Below are positions 1-9,861 of a stretch of DNA of 64,000 nucleotides, piece by piece. A program made the translations under genes and the position numbers. How positions within the stretch are numbered: position 1 is the stretch's first letter; every line of letters begins with the position of its first letter. The notes below the pieces were generated by a model. It ran no database searches. It saw only the letters and a program-made list of their open reading frames with translations, and was not told the DNA's origin. The stretch covers positions 96,001 to 160,000 of the forward strand of contig CAVYSW010000009.1 of assembly GCA_963771275.1 (NCBI GenBank), in the 5' to 3' direction. This stretch comes from an uncultured Gemmatimonadales bacterium. Its GTDB lineage: Bacteria > Gemmatimonadota > Gemmatimonadetes > Gemmatimonadales > GWC2-71-9.

Positions 1-2
1 GC

Positions 3-1004
3 GTCGCGTTCGAGAACGCCGGGAACACCGCGAGCTACCGCGTCGAGTCGTCCGAAGGCGCGTGGCGCGCCCGGGAGCTGGGGAGCGGCTACACCGTGCC
101 GCTGCGCGGGGGCTACCACACGATCCCCCCGCACGACCACCTGCACAACGCGCGGACGCGCATCGCGCTCCATCTCGACGCGATGGGCCTCGAGGTGAAA
201 TACCACCATCACGAAGTGGGCGGGCCGGGGCAATGCGAGATCGAGATCCCGCTGATGCCGTTGCTCCGGGCGACCGACGCCGCGATGCTCGTGAAGTACG
301 CGGTGCGCATGACGGCGATCGAGCTGGGCATGACCGCGACCTTCCTGCCGAAGCCGCTGCACGGTGAGGCCGGCTCGGGCATGCACTACCACCAATGCCT
401 ATGGATGGGCGACTCCAACGTTTTCTACGATCCCGGGGGGTACGGGCGGCTGAGCGAGATCGCCCGGCAGTACATCGCGGGCCTGCTGCTCCACGGCGGC
501 GCGGTCATGGCGCTGAGCAATCCCTCGACCAACTCGTATCGCCGCCTCGTCCCGGGCTTCGAGGCGCCCGTGAGCGCGTTCTTCTCGGCCGGGAACCGGA
601 GCGCGGCCATCCGCATCCCGAAGTACGCCGACAAGCCCGAGAGCACCCGATTCGAGTTCCGGCCGCCCGACGCCACCGGCAATCCCTATCTCGCGGTCGC
701 GGCCCAGCTGCTGGCCGGCCTCGACGGCATCCGGCGCCGGCTCGACCCGACGCAGCTGGGCTTCGGGCCGGTGGACGAAGACATCTTCACCTGGCCCGCG
801 GAGCGGCGCGCCACCATCCGGGCGCTCCCCACCTCCCTCGGCCAGGCGCTCGACGCGCTGGAGGGGGACCACACGTTCCTGCTCGAGGGCCACGTGTTCA
901 GCGCCGACCTGATCGAGCGCTGGCTCGCCAAGAAGCGCGCCGAGGAGCGCGACGTGCTCGGTCGCCCGCATCCCTACGAGGTCGAGCTGTACTACGACCT
1001 GTGA
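3..1004 (+). CDS. glnA: Glutamine synthetase type I (5' part lies outside the window)
   Basis: Motifs HHHEVGGPGQCEI, TFLPKP..GSGMH, NSYRRLVPGFEAP, NRSAAIRIP, RFEFRPPD and C-terminal PHPYEVELYYDL; the frame is open back to the window start. Confidence 0.95.
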   Translation, partial: VAFENAGNTASYRVESSEGAWRARELGSGYTVPLRGGYHTIPPHDHLHNARTRIALHLDAMGLEVKYHHHEVGGPGQCEIEIPLMPLLRATDAAMLVKYAVRMTAIELGMTATFLPKPLHGEAGSGMHYHQCLWMGDSNVFYDPGGYGRLSEIARQYIAGLLLHGGAVMALSNPSTNSYRRLVPGFEAPVSAFFSAGNRSAAIRIPKYADKPESTRFEFRPPDATGNPYLAVAAQLLAGLDGIRRRLDPTQLGFGPVDEDIFTWPAERRATIRALPTSLGQALDALEGDHTFLLEGHVFSADLIERWLAKKRAEERDVLGRPHPYEVELYYDL

Positions 1005-1080
1005 GCCCGGCGCGGCGCACGGGGTTCCGGCCCGGCGCGGCGCGCACTAGCTTGCCAAGCACCGGTCTCCCACGAGCGCC

Positions 1081-2349
1081 ATGAAGCACGACGACGTGAT
1101 CCGCCCCGAGCTGGCTGGCGAGCTCGCCCACATCGGCCAGGCCGACATCCTCGTCGGGATCCCGAGCTACAACAACGCGCGCACGATTGCGCACGTCGTC
1201 CGCGCGGTGAGCGCGGGGCTCGCCAAGTACTACCCCGACCGCGCCTGCCTGCTGGTGAACTCGGACGGTGGCTCGCACGACGGCACGCCGCAGCGCGTGC
1301 TCGACACGGAAACCGGCGACTTGCCGACGCTGCTGGTGGCGCACCGCTCCCGGCCGTTTCACCGCGTGGCCACGAGCTACGTGGGACTTCCCGGCAAGGG
1401 CAGCGCGTTCCGCACGATCTTCCGGATCGCCGAGCTGATGAAGGCCAAGGCGTGCGCGGTCGTGGACAGCGATCTCCGCAGCATCACCCCGGAGTGGGTC
1501 GAGCTGCTGATCGAGCCGGTGCTCGGCCAGGGCATGGACTACGTCTCCCCGCTGTACGCGCGCCACAAGTACGACGGCACGATCACCAACAGCATCGTCT
1601 ACCCCCTGACCCGGGCGCTGTACGGGCAGCGGGTCCGGCAGCCGATCGGCGGCGACTTCGGCTTCTCCGGCCCGTTCGCCATCCGGCTCCTGGCGGACGG
1701 CGCGTGGGACACGGACATCGCGCGCTATGGCATCGACATCTGGATGACGTCGATGGCGCTCGCCAACGGCTTCCGGGTGTGCCAGTCGTACCTCGGGGCC
1801 AAGATCCACGACGCCAAGGACCCGGGGTCGGACCTGAGCGCGATGTTCACGCAGGTCGTGGGCACCGTGTTCGACCAGATGGAGACGTACCACCACGCCT
1901 GGAAGGACGTCAGCGGCAGCGCGGACGTGCCGACGTTCGGGTTCCGCTACACCGTGGGCGTCGAGCCGGTCGGCGTGAACACCGAGCGGATGATCGGCCT
2001 GTTCCACCAGGGAGTCGCCGACCTGATGCCGGTCCTGCACCGCATGCTGAGCGCCGAGACGTGCGATGCGCTGCGGGCGGCTGCCGAGCGACCCGCCGAG
2101 CAGTTCGACTTCCCGCCCGCGCTGTGGGTGCGGGTGGTGTACGAATCGGCGGCGAGCTACCATCACCACACGCTCCCACGCGACCATCTGCTCAAGGCGA
2201 TGATTCCGCTCTACCTCGGCCGCACCGCCGCGTTCGTGCTCCAGACCTCCGCCAGCACGGGCGACGAGGTCGAAGACGAGATCGAGCGCCTCTGCGGCCT
2301 GTTTGAATCCATGAAACCGTACCTGCAGGAGCGCTGGCGCGCCCGCTAG
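1081..2349 (+). CDS. GT-A glycosyltransferase, glucosylglycerate synthase (Ggs)/mannosylglycerate synthase-like
   Basis: ILVGIPSYNNARTI, NSDGGSHDGT, GKGSA, VDSDLRSITPEW (DxD), RHKYDGTIT, RQPIGGDFG, YGIDIWMT; next to gpgS/gpgP-like genes. Confidence 0.75.
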   Translation: MKHDDVIRPELAGELAHIGQADILVGIPSYNNARTIAHVVRAVSAGLAKYYPDRACLLVNSDGGSHDGTPQRVLDTETGDLPTLLVAHRSRPFHRVATSYVGLPGKGSAFRTIFRIAELMKAKACAVVDSDLRSITPEWVELLIEPVLGQGMDYVSPLYARHKYDGTITNSIVYPLTRALYGQRVRQPIGGDFGFSGPFAIRLLADGAWDTDIARYGIDIWMTSMALANGFRVCQSYLGAKIHDAKDPGSDLSAMFTQVVGTVFDQMETYHHAWKDVSGSADVPTFGFRYTVGVEPVGVNTERMIGLFHQGVADLMPVLHRMLSAETCDALRAAAERPAEQFDFPPALWVRVVYESAASYHHHTLPRDHLLKAMIPLYLGRTAAFVLQTSASTGDEVEDEIERLCGLFESMKPYLQERWRAR

Positions 2350-2377
2350 CGGCCGTCACCTGAGGAAGGGGCCCCCG

Positions 2378-3088
2378 ATGCAGACTTCATTCTGGAACGA
2401 CACCGTCCTCGAGCCGCTGCGCCGCTTTGCGCACGAGGCGCTCGGCTTCCTGCTGAACAACCTCCTCGCGATGCTCGTCGTCCTGGCGCTGGGGGTCCTG
2501 GTCGCCCTGGCGGTGCGCGTCCTGCTGCGCCTGCTGCTGCGCCTCGTCCGGTTCGATCAGATGTGCGAGCGCCAGGGCATCACGGGGCTGCTGCGCACCG
2601 CCGGCATCGGCCGCCCGCCGTCCGCGGCGGCCGCCCGGCTGGCCTATTGGCTCATCGTGTTCCTGTTCCTGATGTTCTCGCTCGCGGCGCTCAACGTTGA
2701 GCCGATGAACGACCTGATCTCGCGCGTGTTCCTGTTCGTTCCCCAAGTGATCGCCGCCCTGGTCATCCTGGTGCTGGGCTATCTGGCCGCGGCGTTCCTG
2801 CACCGCGCGGTGCTGCTCGCGGCCGTGAACGCCGGGCTGCCGCGCGCGCGCATCCTCGCCACCACCGTCCAGGTGCTCGCCCTGCTCTTCACGGTCGCCG
2901 TGGCGCTCGAGCAGGCCGGGATCGGACGCTCCATCGTGCTGGCCACGTTCACCGTGGCGCTCGGCTCGGTGGGCCTCGCCGCCGCCCTGGCGTTCGGCTA
3001 CGCCGCCCGGGACCTCGCCCGCTCGGTGCTCGAACGCCAGATGACCGCGCCGGAGCGCGACCATCTGGGCGACATCTCGCACCTGTAG
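2378..3088 (+). CDS. Membrane protein with MscS-associated TM-helix repeats (CmpX-like)
   Basis: Hydrophobic helices, FLFVPQVIAALVILVLG and ALAFGYAARD motifs; GAGGAAGG RBS upstream. Confidence 0.7.
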   Translation: MQTSFWNDTVLEPLRRFAHEALGFLLNNLLAMLVVLALGVLVALAVRVLLRLLLRLVRFDQMCERQGITGLLRTAGIGRPPSAAAARLAYWLIVFLFLMFSLAALNVEPMNDLISRVFLFVPQVIAALVILVLGYLAAAFLHRAVLLAAVNAGLPRARILATTVQVLALLFTVAVALEQAGIGRSIVLATFTVALGSVGLAAALAFGYAARDLARSVLERQMTAPERDHLGDISHL

Positions 3089-3193
3089 CAGCGCGTGAGG
3101 GCGACGTCGCGGTCCGGCGGTGGAACGCATGCCGTGGCGGTGGGAACACGACGCACCGCGGAGGCCGCAGAGGTCGTGACGTCCCTGGCGGGA

Positions 3194-4747
3194 TCAGGGG
3201 ATGGTGACGACCGCCGCGATGAGCAGGGGAAGCACCGCGAGGATGACGAGCATCGCCAGGAACGCGCCGCCCAGGAGCCAGGTCTCGCGCGGTCGCGGGC
3301 CGGGGTTCCGCAGCACGAGCCGGCCCCCGCTCACGCCGGCGGCGACGCCGCTCGCCACGAGGAAGCCCGCCGGATTCCACCACAGCCAGGACACGCCGGG
3401 CGCGAAGCGGGCGAGCAGCAGGTTCGCGGCGAGCCCCGCGGCCAGACCGCTCACCGCCGCGCCCCCCGTCACGCGCCGTGTCACGACGCCGAGGACGAAC
3501 ACGGCCAACACCGGCCCGTAGAAGGCGGAGCCCACCTGATTCACCAGCTCGAGCACGCCCCCGCCGCTCCGCGCGGCCACCATCCCGGACGCCACCGCGA
3601 ACAGCCCCCAGAGCAACGACGTGAGGCGCCCGACCCACGGGCGCTGACGCTCCGGGCTCATCCCGAAGACGTCCTCGAGCGTCACCGCCGCCAGGGAATT
3701 GAGCGCGGAATCGATCGACGACATCGCGGCGGCCAGGATCGCCGCGAGCAGCAGGCCCCGGAGGCCCTGCGGCAGATAGGTGGTGATGAAGACCGGCACG
3801 AGCGCGTCGAGCGGGCGGCCGCGCATCGCCTCCGCCAGCGCCGGATCGACGGCGAGCAGCCCGGCGAGCAGCAGCCCGAACAGGCAGTACGTCAGCACGA
3901 GCGGGAACCGCAGTAGGCCGTTGAACACGAGCGCCCACCGCGCCTGCGTGTCGTCCCGCGCCGTGAGCAGGCGCTGCGCCTGGCTCTGGTCGCAGCCGTA
4001 GTACGACAGGTACAGGAAGAACCCGCCAATCAGCATCGGCCAGAAGGCGAACGTGTTGCCGTCCCCCAGGCCGAGCGAGCCCATCACCAGCGTATGCGTC
4101 CGCGCGGCGGGGATGGCGCTCAGCGGGTGCAGGCCGATGCGTGCGAGCACGTACAGCGCGGCGACCAGCGTGCCGCCCCAGAGGAGTACCAGCTGCAGGA
4201 CGTCGCTCCAGATGTCGGCGACGATACCGCCGAGCGATGTGTAGGCGACCGACGTGAGCCCGACCGCGAGGAGGGCGGCGTCGATCGACCAGCCGAGGGT
4301 TTCGGCGAGCACCAGGGCCGACGCGTAGAGGATGACCCCGAGCGAGAGGCCGCGCGAGAGGAGGAACGCGCCGGCGAGGGCACGCCGCGTGCCCGGCCCG
4401 AAGCGATGCTCGGCGAACGCGTAGATCGACGACCCCGGGACGGCGCGCAATGTCGGGAGCAGCAGGAACACCGCCGCGAGCATCGCGAGCGGCACGCCCA
4501 GCTCGTACTGCAGCCATACCAGCCCGCCGCCGGCCCGGAGCGCCACGAACGCCGGCGCGCCGACCAGGCTCACCGCACTCGCCTGGTTCGCCAGGATGGA
4601 GGCGGCGAGCGGGGCCGTACCCATGCGGCGGCCCGCGAGGAAGTAGTCGCTGCCGCTCCGCTGCCGCCTGGCGAACGCAAACGACATCCCGAAGATCGCC
4701 GCGACGTAGGCGACCAGCACGGTGAGGTCGATCGCGGAGAGCCGCAC
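3194..4747 (-). CDS. Sodium:solute symporter (SSS family)
   Basis: DYFLAGR, YTSLGGIVADIWSD, DQSQAQRLL, LAAAMSSIDSALNS; about 13 TM segments. Confidence 0.92.
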   Translation of the reverse strand: MRLSAIDLTVLVAYVAAIFGMSFAFARRQRSGSDYFLAGRRMGTAPLAASILANQASAVSLVGAPAFVALRAGGGLVWLQYELGVPLAMLAAVFLLLPTLRAVPGSSIYAFAEHRFGPGTRRALAGAFLLSRGLSLGVILYASALVLAETLGWSIDAALLAVGLTSVAYTSLGGIVADIWSDVLQLVLLWGGTLVAALYVLARIGLHPLSAIPAARTHTLVMGSLGLGDGNTFAFWPMLIGGFFLYLSYYGCDQSQAQRLLTARDDTQARWALVFNGLLRFPLVLTYCLFGLLLAGLLAVDPALAEAMRGRPLDALVPVFITTYLPQGLRGLLLAAILAAAMSSIDSALNSLAAVTLEDVFGMSPERQRPWVGRLTSLLWGLFAVASGMVAARSGGGVLELVNQVGSAFYGPVLAVFVLGVVTRRVTGGAAVSGLAAGLAANLLLARFAPGVSWLWWNPAGFLVASGVAAGVSGGRLVLRNPGPRPRETWLLGGAFLAMLVILAVLPLLIAAVVTIP

Positions 4748-4753
4748 CGTGGG

Positions 4754-5605
4754 CTACGGGTCGAGCAGACGGCTCACCGCGGCGGCCCAGCCCGCCGGGC
4801 CCGGCGCCGGCGCCACGCGGGCGCGCGGCACCCGGCGGCGCAACACGGGATCGGGGCGGCCGTCGGGACGCGGCACGATGATCGGCACGTCGGCCACGGC
4901 GAGCATCGGCGCGTCGAGCGCGCTGTCGCCGAGCGCGACCAGCGTGACGGGGCCGCCCGCTTGCTCCAGCAGCCGGCGGACGAGCAGCGTGGCCCGCCCC
5001 TTGTCGGTGTCGCCGTGGAGGTGGTGGAATCGCCCGCCGCGCGTTACCGCCAGCCCGTGCCGCGCGGCGAGCCGGTTGAGGAGGGCCAGAACCCGGCGGG
5101 GCGCGCGCGTGATGACGAACGGCTCGTCGAACTCCCGGCTCGCCGCGCGCCGGGCGGCCGCCAGCGGCAGCTCGGCAAGCCGCGCGATGTCCGCGACCTC
5201 CAGGTCGCCGAACCCCACCACCGCGTCCCCGCTCCGTCGCCGGAGCTCGGCGAACACCCGGCGGACCCGCGCGTACGGCGCGCTCAGCGCGACGAGTCGG
5301 CCGTGGCGCGTGCGGCGCGCACCCGCCGCCGCCGCGCGCGGCACCACCCCCGGGGGCAGCAGCAGCCCGCCCCCATCCTCCACCACGGCCACGTGCGGCC
5401 CGCCCAGCCGATGAAACAGATGGGCCACCTCGCGCCGCGTCTTGCTGGTGCACAGGACGAGCGGTACGCCGGCGCGGCGCAGCCGGCGGAGCGTCTGACG
5501 CGCCGGCCCGCAGTCGTACGTCCGCGCGTCGAGCAGGCAGCCGTCGAGGTCCGTGATGACGGCGAGCGGGCGCCGGGTCGCGGCCTCAGCGGTTGTCGGC
5601 GGCAA
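4754..5605 (-). CDS. HAD-IIB mannosyl/glucosyl-3-phosphoglycerate phosphatase (MpgP/GpgP-like)
   Basis: DLDGCLLD, CTSKTRRE, REFDEPF, GGRFHH, DKG and LGDSALDAPML motifs; exact start uncertain, overlaps the upstream gene. Confidence 0.88.
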   Translation of the reverse strand: MPPTTAEAATRRPLAVITDLDGCLLDARTYDCGPARQTLRRLRRAGVPLVLCTSKTRREVAHLFHRLGGPHVAVVEDGGGLLLPPGVVPRAAAAGARRTRHGRLVALSAPYARVRRVFAELRRRSGDAVVGFGDLEVADIARLAELPLAAARRAASREFDEPFVITRAPRRVLALLNRLAARHGLAVTRGGRFHHLHGDTDKGRATLLVRRLLEQAGGPVTLVALGDSALDAPMLAVADVPIIVPRPDGRPDPVLRRRVPRARVAPAPGPAGWAAAVSRLLDP

Positions 5606-6794
5606 CCGCCTCTCGCAGCTCGTCCAGAAAGTCGGGCAGCGCCGACGTCACGCGCGCCCACTGCGGCATCGGCGGGTCGCCCAGCGGGTCTTCGTAGACG
5701 TCCTTGGCGGCCAGCTCGATCGCCTTGGCGAAGATCTCGACCGCCGTCCCCTCGGCGTGGCGGTCGAACTGCAGATGGTTGATCGCCGCATCGTCGGCGT
5801 AGCGGCGCACCTGATCCTGCCCCATGCGGAGATAGGCGGCGCGCACGCTGCGGAAGAACCCCTCGGAGATCTCGATCCCCTCCTGCGCGAGCGTGCAGAA
5901 CAGGGACTTGGCGATGTCGACGGCCATCTTGAACAGGCCCGATCCCGGCCAGTCCATCTCGAGCGACTTGTGCTTGTGCTCGTAGGCGTCGGCGATGTCC
6001 ACCTCGCACACGCGCCGCGTGGCGATGTTGCGGTGGACTTCCGCCAGCATGCTGATCTCGAGTCCCCAGTCGCACGGCACGCGCATGACGCGGGCGACGT
6101 CTTCGTCCATCGCGAACTCGCCCGCGAGCGGGTAGCGGAACGAGTCGAGGAACACGAGCAAGGGGTGGTACCCCACGATCTTGAGCAGCGTGCGGAGCAG
6201 CGGCGTGACGAACAGCCGGGCGACGCGCCCGTACATGCGATCCGTCAGGCGGGCGTAGTACCCCTTGGCGTACTCGTAGCCAAGCGACGGGTTCATCACC
6301 GGATAGCAGAGCCGCGCCAGCAGGTCGCGCCGGTAGCTCACGATGTCCGCGTCGTGCAGCGCCACCGTCCGGCACGCCGGGTCCGCGAGGACGCAGCCGA
6401 GCGCCATCCACACCAGGCGCCCCTTGCCCGGGGTGCCCGTGAAGATGCCCGCCGCCTCGAGCTCGCGGTTCAGCGCCTGAATCCGGTCGCCGTCGCGCCA
6501 CAGGATGTCGACGGGCTGCGGCAGCACGCCGAAGAACGTCCGGGCCCGCTCGAAGTCGGTGCGTGTCGCCGCGTCGAGGCCGATGAGAATGCGATGCAGA
6601 TAGGGGACGCCGCCGAGCTCGCGGACGATGCCGCCCAGGGCCGGGCCGTCCATCTCGGAGGCGAGCGATGGGATGATCAGCGTGAGCGGCCGCGTCGCCG
6701 CGAACTCGACCAGCTCGGCCTCCAACAGATCGAGCCGCATCTCGCCGAGGCGGTGCAGCGTCGTGATGATGCCGGTTTGGTAGAAATCCGCCAT
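5586..6794 (-). CDS. gpgS: Glucosyl-3-phosphoglycerate synthase (GpgS-type glycosyltransferase)
   Basis: MADFYQTGIITTLH N-terminus, GKGR..W, LHDADI (DxD), KGYYAR, GRVARLFVTPL, RYPLAGEFAM, DWGLEI, YEHKH. Confidence 0.82.
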   Translation of the reverse strand: MADFYQTGIITTLHRLGEMRLDLLEAELVEFAATRPLTLIIPSLASEMDGPALGGIVRELGGVPYLHRILIGLDAATRTDFERARTFFGVLPQPVDILWRDGDRIQALNRELEAAGIFTGTPGKGRLVWMALGCVLADPACRTVALHDADIVSYRRDLLARLCYPVMNPSLGYEYAKGYYARLTDRMYGRVARLFVTPLLRTLLKIVGYHPLLVFLDSFRYPLAGEFAMDEDVARVMRVPCDWGLEISMLAEVHRNIATRRVCEVDIADAYEHKHKSLEMDWPGSGLFKMAVDIAKSLFCTLAQEGIEISEGFFRSVRAAYLRMGQDQVRRYADDAAINHLQFDRHAEGTAVEIFAKAIELAAKDVYEDPLGDPPMPQWARVTSALPDFLDELREAVAADNR

Positions 6795-6889
6795 GCGACC
6801 CGCGCCGGCTGATGGTCCAGCAAAGGTGGCCCGCGCGTCCCACCGGGCGCAATGGGCGCGGAGGCACGGCCGTCCTCGGGGCTTTGCGG

Positions 6890-9535
6890 TCAGCGCCCCG
6901 GGACGGGGTGCGGGCCGGTGACGGCGACGGTATCGCTCACGACCCCCGTCGTCGCGGCGTCGGCGAGACCGCGGAACCCGGGCTGCTTGCCTCCCACGCT
7001 GATGGCGAACGCCCCCGGCTCGATCACACGCCGATTGGCGGTGTCGATCACCGACAGCTGTCGCGGCGCGAGCGCGAAGGCCACGCGCCGGCGCTCGCCG
7101 GCCTCGAGATGGATGCGGCGGAACCCCGCGAGCGCCCGGATCGGGACCGGCACGGACGCCGCGAGGTCGGTGACGTACAGCTGGACGACCTCCTCGCCAG
7201 CGCGGGTCCCCGTGTTCGCAACCTCGACCGAGATCAACACGCTGTCGCCGGCCCGCACCGCCGCCGGCACCCGCAGGTCGCGATAGGCGAACGCCGTGTA
7301 GCTCAGGCCGTAGCCGAACGGAAACAGCGGCTCGCCGGTGAAGTAGCGGTATGTCCGCCCCTGCATGCGGTAGTCGGTGAACGGCGGGAGCTGTTCAACG
7401 GAGCGGTAGACCGTGACCGGGAGCCGCCCCGCCGGATTCTCGTCGCCGAACAGCACGTCTGCGAGCGCCGTGCCCGCCGCCTGGCCGGGATACCACGCCT
7501 CGACGATTGCCGGCACGTGCTCGACCGCCCAGTTGATCGCCAGCGCGCTGCCGTTCAACAGCACCAGCACCACGGGCTTCCCCGTCGCCACGACCGCGCG
7601 GAGCAGGTCCTCCTGCGGTCCGGGCAGGCCGAGGTCCACCCGGTCACCCCCGAGGAAGCCGGGCACCTCGACCGGCATCTCCTCCCCCTCGAGCCGGGGC
7701 GAGAGCCCCAGCACCATGACGACGACATCCGCCGCGCGGGCGGCGGCGAGCGCGTCCGACCGCAGGCCGGAATCCGGCCTGGCCCAGACGAGCTGGACTT
7801 GGGCGTCGGCCCGCCGGTCCTGGTATTCGACTCGGAGCGCGTGCGGCACGCCGGCCGCGAGGTCGACGGTCGCCCACTGGGTGAGCACGACGTGCCGATC
7901 GGAGAACTCGACCAGCAGGGAATCGTCGAGCAACAGGCGCACGGCACCGAACGCCCGGAGGCCGAGCGCGTAGCGTCCCGAAACCGGCGGCGTAAGCCGG
8001 CCCGTCCAGCGGACCGAGAAGCTGTCGGCGGGCATGCCCAAGAGCGGCGCCGCGTCCCACCACGTGAAGTCGAGCGCACTGTCGGCGCGGGTCGCGAACG
8101 GCGCCCCCGTGAAGTCGTGGTTGGCGAAGTACTGCCCGGTGAGCGCGAGCGCGCCGGCCGGCACGACCTCGAACGACGGGGTGTTGGGCGCGACGTCGCT
8201 GCCCCGGGCGTAGAGCACGCGGGTTCCGGGCGCGACCGCGCGGCGGAGCCCCAAGAGCGGCGTGACGGGGTCCGTGGGGATGCCGTTGTAGTTCCCCAGC
8301 AGCACGTCCACGTCGGCGGCGTTGGGACCGATCACGGCCACGGTGCCCAGGTCCTTGCGGAGCGGCAGCAGCCCGCCCGCGTTCTTGAGCAGCACGATCG
8401 CCTTGCGCGCCGCTTCCCGCGCCAGCATACGGTGCGCCGGCGCGTCGTTGACGCTCGCGGGAATCGCGGCGTACGGTACGCGCGCCGGCGGGTCGAACAT
8501 GCCGAGCCGGAAACGCGCGCGGAGCAGGCGGGCGAGCGCCGTGTCCACCTGCGCCGTGGTGACGAGGCCCTGCGCGACCGCCTGCGTGAGACTCGCGTAC
8601 TCGGGCCCGCAGGAGAGATCGGTCCCGGCCTTCAGGGCCAGCGCGGCGGCCTCGGCCTCCGTGGCCACCATCTTGTGACCCTGGGAGATGTCGGTGATCG
8701 CCCAGCAGTCGGACACGACGTAGCCGCCGAATCCCCACTCGCCGCGCAGGATGTCGTGGAGTAGCAGCGGGCTCGCGCAGGCCGGCTGCCCGAGCACCCG
8801 GTTGTACGCGCACATCACCGACCCCGCGCCGCCTTCCACCACCGCCATCTCGAAGTGCGGCAGGTAGGTCTCGCGGAGATCCCGCTCGTCCACCACGGCG
8901 TCGAAGCTGTGGCGCTCCGGCTCGGGACCGCTGTGCACGGCGTAGTGCTTCGGCGTGGCTACCGTCTTGAGGTAGCGCGGGTCGTCGCCCTGCATGCCCT
9001 TCACGAACGCCACGGCCAGCCGGCCGGCGAGGTACGGGTCCTCGCCGTACGTCTCCATGCCGCGGCCCCAGCGCGGATCGCGGAAGATGTTGATGTTGGG
9101 CGACCAGAACGTGAGCCCCTCGTAGATCCCGCGCCGGCCCTGGCGCGCGGCCTCGTGGTGCTTGGCGCGCGCCTCGTCCGAGATCACCGTGGCCACACGG
9201 TGCAGCAGGTCCGTGTCCCAGGTCGCGGCCAAGCCGATCGCCTGCGGGAACACCGTGGCGCGGCCGGCCCGCGCCACGCCGTGGAGCGCCTCGTTCCACC
9301 AGTTGTATGCCGGGATGCCGAGCCGCGGGATCTCCGCCGAGGTGTACTGTAGCTGCGAGACCTTCTCCGCGAGCGTCATGCGGCCAATCAGGTCCTTCAC
9401 CCGCGCTTCGAGCGGCTGGTCGGGGTCGAGATACGCGACCGCGGCAGCCGGCTGCGCGGTCGGTTGCGGCGGCTGCGCGGCACAGGCCGCGAGGAGCGCG
9501 AGGCACGGCGGGAACACGGCGCGTCGCAGCGGCAT
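6890..9535 (-). CDS. GH3 beta-glucosidase/xylosidase with PA14 insert and Fn3-like C-terminal domain; lipoprotein
   Basis: WWNEALHG, WSPNINIFRDPRWGRG.ETYGEDP, KHY, MCAYN, VVSDC; PA14 (FSVRWTG); lipobox LLAAC; AGGGAGG RBS before ATG 9535. Confidence 0.93.
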   Translation of the reverse strand: MPLRRAVFPPCLALLAACAAQPPQPTAQPAAAVAYLDPDQPLEARVKDLIGRMTLAEKVSQLQYTSAEIPRLGIPAYNWWNEALHGVARAGRATVFPQAIGLAATWDTDLLHRVATVISDEARAKHHEAARQGRRGIYEGLTFWSPNINIFRDPRWGRGMETYGEDPYLAGRLAVAFVKGMQGDDPRYLKTVATPKHYAVHSGPEPERHSFDAVVDERDLRETYLPHFEMAVVEGGAGSVMCAYNRVLGQPACASPLLLHDILRGEWGFGGYVVSDCWAITDISQGHKMVATEAEAAALALKAGTDLSCGPEYASLTQAVAQGLVTTAQVDTALARLLRARFRLGMFDPPARVPYAAIPASVNDAPAHRMLAREAARKAIVLLKNAGGLLPLRKDLGTVAVIGPNAADVDVLLGNYNGIPTDPVTPLLGLRRAVAPGTRVLYARGSDVAPNTPSFEVVPAGALALTGQYFANHDFTGAPFATRADSALDFTWWDAAPLLGMPADSFSVRWTGRLTPPVSGRYALGLRAFGAVRLLLDDSLLVEFSDRHVVLTQWATVDLAAGVPHALRVEYQDRRADAQVQLVWARPDSGLRSDALAAARAADVVVMVLGLSPRLEGEEMPVEVPGFLGGDRVDLGLPGPQEDLLRAVVATGKPVVLVLLNGSALAINWAVEHVPAIVEAWYPGQAAGTALADVLFGDENPAGRLPVTVYRSVEQLPPFTDYRMQGRTYRYFTGEPLFPFGYGLSYTAFAYRDLRVPAAVRAGDSVLISVEVANTGTRAGEEVVQLYVTDLAASVPVPIRALAGFRRIHLEAGERRRVAFALAPRQLSVIDTANRRVIEPGAFAISVGGKQPGFRGLADAATTGVVSDTVAVTGPHPVPGR

Positions 9536-9861
9536 GGCATCCTCCCTCGGTCCTCGGGGTCGCGGGGAGCTGACCGCCCTCTGGACGGCCGCCCCGCGGG
9601 GCCGCTGGGAATCTCCGCCCGGGTCGGGCGTGCGGCAACCGGCCGGCCGGCGCTTGACGCCCACTTGACGCCCCTGCGCCAGCGTCCCGGCACCAACGCT
9701 CCGATGAGGGCATCCCATGCGCGTCCCGGAGCCTCGGTTTCGCGGTGCGGATCGGGTGCTGACGCCGCGCCGCAGGGCGTCGTTCGCTTGCGGAGATCGC
9801 GCCCCGCTGCCGAGACTTGGGGAGTCCCCCCTCTTCCCCAGTACCTCCGCGTGGAGCGGTC

